The position numbers and the translations under genes were made by a program. Shown here one piece after another: positions 59,963-64,000 of a DNA stretch of 64,000 nt. The stretch is from an uncultured delta proteobacterium. Lineage in GTDB: Bacteria > Desulfobacterota > RBG-13-43-22. Position 1 is the stretch's first letter. Each line of letters begins with the position of its first letter. Location of the stretch: positions 1,184,001 to 1,248,000 of the forward strand of contig CAWBOS010000012.1 in assembly GCA_963790475.1 (NCBI GenBank), given 5' to 3'. A model generated the notes under the pieces. That model was not told the DNA's origin and searched no databases. It was given only the letters and a program-made list of their open reading frames with translations.

Positions 59963-61072
59963 TTATGTAAATCCATAGCGTTTGCGTAACAATAAGGAAA
60001 GTTGGCTCAATAAGCCCAAGACTCGTTCTGCCAAGGCTTCGGTGAGCACCCCACCGGCACCGCAACTGGGGGTGATCAAGGCCCGCCCCAACAGCAGCTC
60101 CCGATCAAATCCTTTCTCCGCCAATTGGTTTATACCCTCTTCAAAACGGGACAGCAAAGAGGGGACTGTTTCCGTAGCGGCCGCTTCCCGGTCAAGGGTT
60201 GGGACAATCCCCCAACCGAGACTGCCTCCCCGATCCAAGAAGGCGTGTAGTTCGGCAGGATAGAGGGTGATGGCCTGCAGGTGATCATAGGCGTCGAAGT
60301 CCAGGATATCCAGATCGGTCTGCATTAACAAGGACCAGCCGGTATTTTCTTCGCAGTGGACCCCGGCCAGCCCGCCATGGGCATGGATGGCTGCCGCCAC
60401 TTCGTTAATATCTTTAATAACATCTTCCCGGCTTATGGTTAAAAAAAGATGTTTACCGAACCCCAGCAAAGACGGCTCGTCGATAAAAATCATGGATGGC
60501 AGGTTGAACCGGCTTAATTGGCCGATCTGCCAGACCGCTTTCATGGCAATCATTTTGATGATTATGTCCCGCAGTTGTTCATCGTAGTAGGAACAACGTC
60601 GGTCTTGATCTAAAAAATTTGTCCCCAGGGTGAAAGGTCCGGTAACCTGTCCTTTGAGCATAATCGGCGCGCCCGATGCCATCCCTTCAGACAGTTGGTT
60701 GATGAATTCGGCAAAACCGGCTGCATAGTTCGGCGATAAAGCGAAAGTCTCGAGGGCCTGAAGATCATTGTCTTCCGTCACGGCCAGGTAATTACGATAA
60801 AAAAAGACCATCTGTTCGATGAAGTCGACGGATTCGACTGAGAAATAGCGATAGTCTCCCTCTTGAATCAACCCCGGCAAACCTTCTGTAAATTGGACCA
60901 GCATATTTTCATATTGGTTCCGTTTAGGAAACTGAATCCAGGAAGGGATGTCCGGGGTGCTTTCAAACATGAGCCTGGTCCCCCGGGCTACATCGGTATG
61001 GGGGAGGCTGCCGATGGTGGTTGCCAGACAGCAGGGTTCAAAAACCTGCGGGGATGTGCTTGAGTTTTTCAT
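59963..61072 (-). CDS. Single-domain cobalamin-independent methionine synthase-like protein
   Basis: TTIGSLP, KGQVTGPFT, DEP, GVHC, WGIVPT, ITPSCG. Confidence 0.82.
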   Translation of the reverse strand: MKNSSTSPQVFEPCCLATTIGSLPHTDVARGTRLMFESTPDIPSWIQFPKRNQYENMLVQFTEGLPGLIQEGDYRYFSVESVDFIEQMVFFYRNYLAVTEDNDLQALETFALSPNYAAGFAEFINQLSEGMASGAPIMLKGQVTGPFTLGTNFLDQDRRCSYYDEQLRDIIIKMIAMKAVWQIGQLSRFNLPSMIFIDEPSLLGFGKHLFLTISREDVIKDINEVAAAIHAHGGLAGVHCEENTGWSLLMQTDLDILDFDAYDHLQAITLYPAELHAFLDRGGSLGWGIVPTLDREAAATETVPSLLSRFEEGINQLAEKGFDRELLLGRALITPSCGAGGVLTEALAERVLGLLSQLSLLLRKRYGFT

Positions 61073-61127
61073 TTTAATTCGCTTCTCCTCCAACTTTGTA
61101 TCAATTTTGGTTTTAGAAATAACCGCT

Positions 61128-61160
61128 TTCACCGCAAAGCCGCAAAGGCCGCAAAGAAGA
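61128..61160. repeat. Short intergenic tandem repeat
   Basis: CCGCAAAG repeated three times. Confidence 0.45.
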
Positions 61161-61256
61161 AAATTTATAGATTGCCGGGGAGAGGCAGGCAATCTATAAC
61201 TTCCCTGCCCTACAGGCAAATATTGGGCCGGAGGCCGGAGTCCAGCCTTGGCGGGA

Positions 61257-61721
61257 TTAAATCCCGCCCCTCACGTGACTTGACAAAATAGACTCTCTTT
61301 GCGACTCTTCCCGCGGGTTCTGGATGATCATCCACTGGTCCGGATTAGCCAGAGGACCAAAACCCAATCGGGCATACACGCCGTGGGCGTCCTTGGTCCG
61401 GAGTAACCACTGGTAGACCAGCGACAAATCCGGATGTTCCACGGCATACTTAATCATGGCCGTCCCGATGCCCTGCCTTCGCCATACCGGGTCGACAACT
61501 ACATCGAGGATATAAGCAAATCTGACCTTGTCGGAAATAATGCGCAGAAAGCTGACCTGTTTTCCGGATTCGTCGAAACCGCCTACCAGCAGACTTGAGT
61601 TCCTGGCCCCGAGGATCACCTCATCTCTAGTTATGCCCGGTGACCAGTAAATTTCCTCCAGCCATTTCGATACCGCATCGAAATCAATATGTTCGAAACC
61701 GTGCTTAAAGGTGACTGACAT
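61257..61721 (-). CDS. GNAT acetyltransferase
   Basis: AYILDVVV...RRQGIG, TKDAHGVY. Confidence 0.88.
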   Translation of the reverse strand: MSVTFKHGFEHIDFDAVSKWLEEIYWSPGITRDEVILGARNSSLLVGGFDESGKQVSFLRIISDKVRFAYILDVVVDPVWRRQGIGTAMIKYAVEHPDLSLVYQWLLRTKDAHGVYARLGFGPLANPDQWMIIQNPREESQRESILSSHVRGGI

Positions 61722-61854
61722 GGTTGTTCCTTCAATACAACTTTAGTTCATTGGCTTCCAGGCTTCGGTTTTGGGCCGTCGACAGGTCCAAAATTAGGCA
61801 ATTATTCAATAATTAAAACGGGATTGTCAACAGAGAAGTCAATATTAAGGGTGG

Positions 61855-62535
61855 TTAAACTATTTTCAGCTTGGAGAAAAGTGGACCCCTGGCCCAGCCG
61901 CGAATGGCCTCCCAATCGCGGTAATCACCTTCCGGTACTCCCTTGGATATGATGATTTTCTTATTCAACCAGGAAAGGTTGCTGTAACGCATCGCTCCGG
62001 CAAAAGGTTCAATCTCGACCGGCTTTACCTGGGGTATGGTTTGAAGAACAGGATCTAAATAGGACAAGGCTTTTCGGCGGTTCTCTTCGCCCGGCAGATG
62101 CATGGTCATACAGACCAGGAAATAAGCCACCGGGACCTGCTGCAAAATCTCATAGTTGGCCTTCACAAAATTCGTCGCTTCCGGCATCCATTTGCCCCTG
62201 TAGATCGCACTGCCGATGACTATCCCTTGATAGGAATTCAGGTTTTTCACATTTCTGGTTAAGAAAACGTTCACCTTCGCTCCATTACCGCATAATTCCT
62301 TCCCAATGGCCTCAGCAACACCCCCGGTGGAGCCGTACTCGCTGGCATAGGCCACTAATATTCTTTTGCCTATATTAGGGTCTCCACATTTTGGTTCAGG
62401 GAAGGCTGTTGCAGCGGCCTTACCGGATCCTTCGGCCGACAGGCCTCCCAAGGATATGGCTCCGATGATTCCCCCCGTCAGTGCCAGGAAATCCCGGCGA
62501 CCCATTTCCTTTTGTTTTATATCTTTTGTTTCCAT
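61855..62535 (-). CDS. Flavodoxin-domain (HemG-like) protein with Tat signal
   Basis: GRRDFL; YASEYGST, IGSAIY, DYRDWEAI. Confidence 0.82.
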   Translation of the reverse strand: METKDIKQKEMGRRDFLALTGGIIGAISLGGLSAEGSGKAAATAFPEPKCGDPNIGKRILVAYASEYGSTGGVAEAIGKELCGNGAKVNVFLTRNVKNLNSYQGIVIGSAIYRGKWMPEATNFVKANYEILQQVPVAYFLVCMTMHLPGEENRRKALSYLDPVLQTIPQVKPVEIEPFAGAMRYSNLSWLNKKIIISKGVPEGDYRDWEAIRGWARGPLFSKLKIV

Positions 62536-62704
62536 GAACTCTCCTTTTTACTTTGTTTTCCAAGGGCCGGAAAAAAGTCCGGCAACATCCGATAATTCCA
62601 GATTCTATATTAGATTATCCGGGAATTTATCTCTATCATTTTATGCAAGACCCCCGATGGCCATTTCAAAAATTTCAAATCGGTTTGGCTGGAATTTCTT
62701 TGGA

Positions 62705-63169
62705 TTAACCTTCTTCTTTCTGAATCCGGCCGGTACGTTCGAGGTAGGCTTCAAAGGCATTCTTTCCCTCTTCCTTCCAGTAATCGTCATAGTACCTCCA
62801 GTAGCGATAAGTGCCACCGGGTTTCCAATTCTCATCCTGCCAATCCCAGTCCATTTTTGCCCCAAAATGAGGTCTCCACTTAGAGGGAAATTTCCGGTAA
62901 ACGCCCCGAGGGTGATGGTGTCTGCCGAATCTGCCAAAGATGAGTTTCGCCAGCAACACGATTCCCACTGCCTGCCAGTAGCTTATCTCCTTGAGATTGA
63001 ACAGGTCGGGCATGAGCCGATTCCAAAGGATCTCAACGAACCATCCCAAGATCAGAGCAAAAAATCCGGCAAGAATTAATCCCCAAAGAAACATGAAAAT
63101 GATCCGCAATCCCCGGCGAGGGGACCTATGATATTTTCCATTTTGTATGGTATTTGAATTCTCATTCAT
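62705..63169 (-). CDS. Hypothetical membrane protein
   Basis: LWNRLMPDLF..ISYWQAVG; downstream of the sigma factor. Confidence 0.7.
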   Translation of the reverse strand: MNENSNTIQNGKYHRSPRRGLRIIFMFLWGLILAGFFALILGWFVEILWNRLMPDLFNLKEISYWQAVGIVLLAKLIFGRFGRHHHPRGVYRKFPSKWRPHFGAKMDWDWQDENWKPGGTYRYWRYYDDYWKEEGKNAFEAYLERTGRIQKEEG

Positions 63170-63201
63170 AAAAGTCTTCCTTATGGTTAAAACCTTTCAG
63201 G

Positions 63202-63771
63202 TCAATTACCCTTTGGTTCTCCTATAGACCGGACTCCCGATTTACTGAGGGTCTTTTTTAACTTGGCGATGGCTCTGGACTTCCTGGCCAAGAGTGTTCC
63301 CAGGGGGAGTTGCCATTCAATAACCAGTTCTCTAAAAGATATCCCCTGGAACTCGGTGGCCACGATCAACTCTTGTTCCTCTTCCGACAGGGCTTCTATG
63401 GCCTGCAACAACAGATTTCGGATTTCCTGTTGCTCCACCATCCGGGCTGTATTAAAACGTGTATCGCGGAGGACATCAGCCAAGGTCATATCTTCCCCGG
63501 TAACCGGAGAATCAATCGGCAGGTTCTTCTTTCGCCGGCGGAAGTAATCGATCACCCGATTTCGCAAGGCTTCGTAAACATAAGCCGAAAGATTTTCGAT
63601 CGGCTGGGATATATCCGCCTTGTTTAAAAGGTTCAGGACCACATCCTGCAAGATATCTTCGCTGTCGCTTTCGGCCGTATCTTCCATCAGTCTGTGGATG
63701 TAAGCGAGAAGTCGTTTACGCTCTTTTTCAAAGAATTCCGCCACCCGCCGCCGGAAACTGTCCTTGATCAT
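63202..63771 (-). CDS. ECF sigma factor
   Basis: EDILQDV, RNRVIDYFRR, GTLLARKSRA. Confidence 0.88.
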   Translation of the reverse strand: MIKDSFRRRVAEFFEKERKRLLAYIHRLMEDTAESDSEDILQDVVLNLLNKADISQPIENLSAYVYEALRNRVIDYFRRRKKNLPIDSPVTGEDMTLADVLRDTRFNTARMVEQQEIRNLLLQAIEALSEEEQELIVATEFQGISFRELVIEWQLPLGTLLARKSRAIAKLKKTLSKSGVRSIGEPKGN

Positions 63772-64000
63772 GACTTATGAGACGCACCAACGAGGTTTAT
63801 ATTGCAATTTATTTTAGGGAGTATCATGGAGGGCATTTTTTATTAACGTCTGGCGGCCTGTTCGATAGTTAAGAAAGACCTGTGAGATGCACAAGAACGA
63901 TAGATACCGAAAATTAAAAATAAGTATTAGGCCAATTTGATGGCCATCATCCCCAGTACAATTAAGAGGATTCCCATAACTTTAAGCAAGGTTGGTTTTT

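Noticed and set aside
51955-63079. 236-aa (51955-52665) and 237-aa (62366-63079) ORFs
   Set aside because: Both overlap well-supported genes on the opposite strand
1-64000. CRISPR array, tRNA, rRNA
   Set aside because: No regularly spaced repeat-spacer units or recognisable tRNA/rRNA seen by eye

Overview
A 64 kb bacterial chromosomal segment; gene content and style (sigma-54 promoters, a selenoprotein, a NikR-nik/cbiMNQO operon, DUF362) suggest an anaerobic Desulfobacterota/deltaproteobacterial genome (inference). Most of it is ordinary metabolic, transport and regulatory genes. Two accessory regions stand out. (1) ~19.5-29.2 kb is a compact ~9.5 kb Mu-like element: regulators, DDE transposase, MuB-like ATPase, and then only a tape-measure-like protein and a Mu gpT-like major capsid protein. 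It has no terminase, portal, protease, tail or lysis genes, so it is a candidate transposable phage satellite. (2) 34.5-40.7 kb is an integrase-less integron cassette array with 6-7 attC sites, rich in defence-like genes and headed by two copies of an attI-like/promoter module; a third copy lies at ~57.8 kb. Also present: a UGA-readthrough rhodanese-ferritin selenoprotein, a 189-bp MITE splitting a HIT gene, an IS200 element and several TA modules. All family calls come from motifs recognised by eye; no searches were run.
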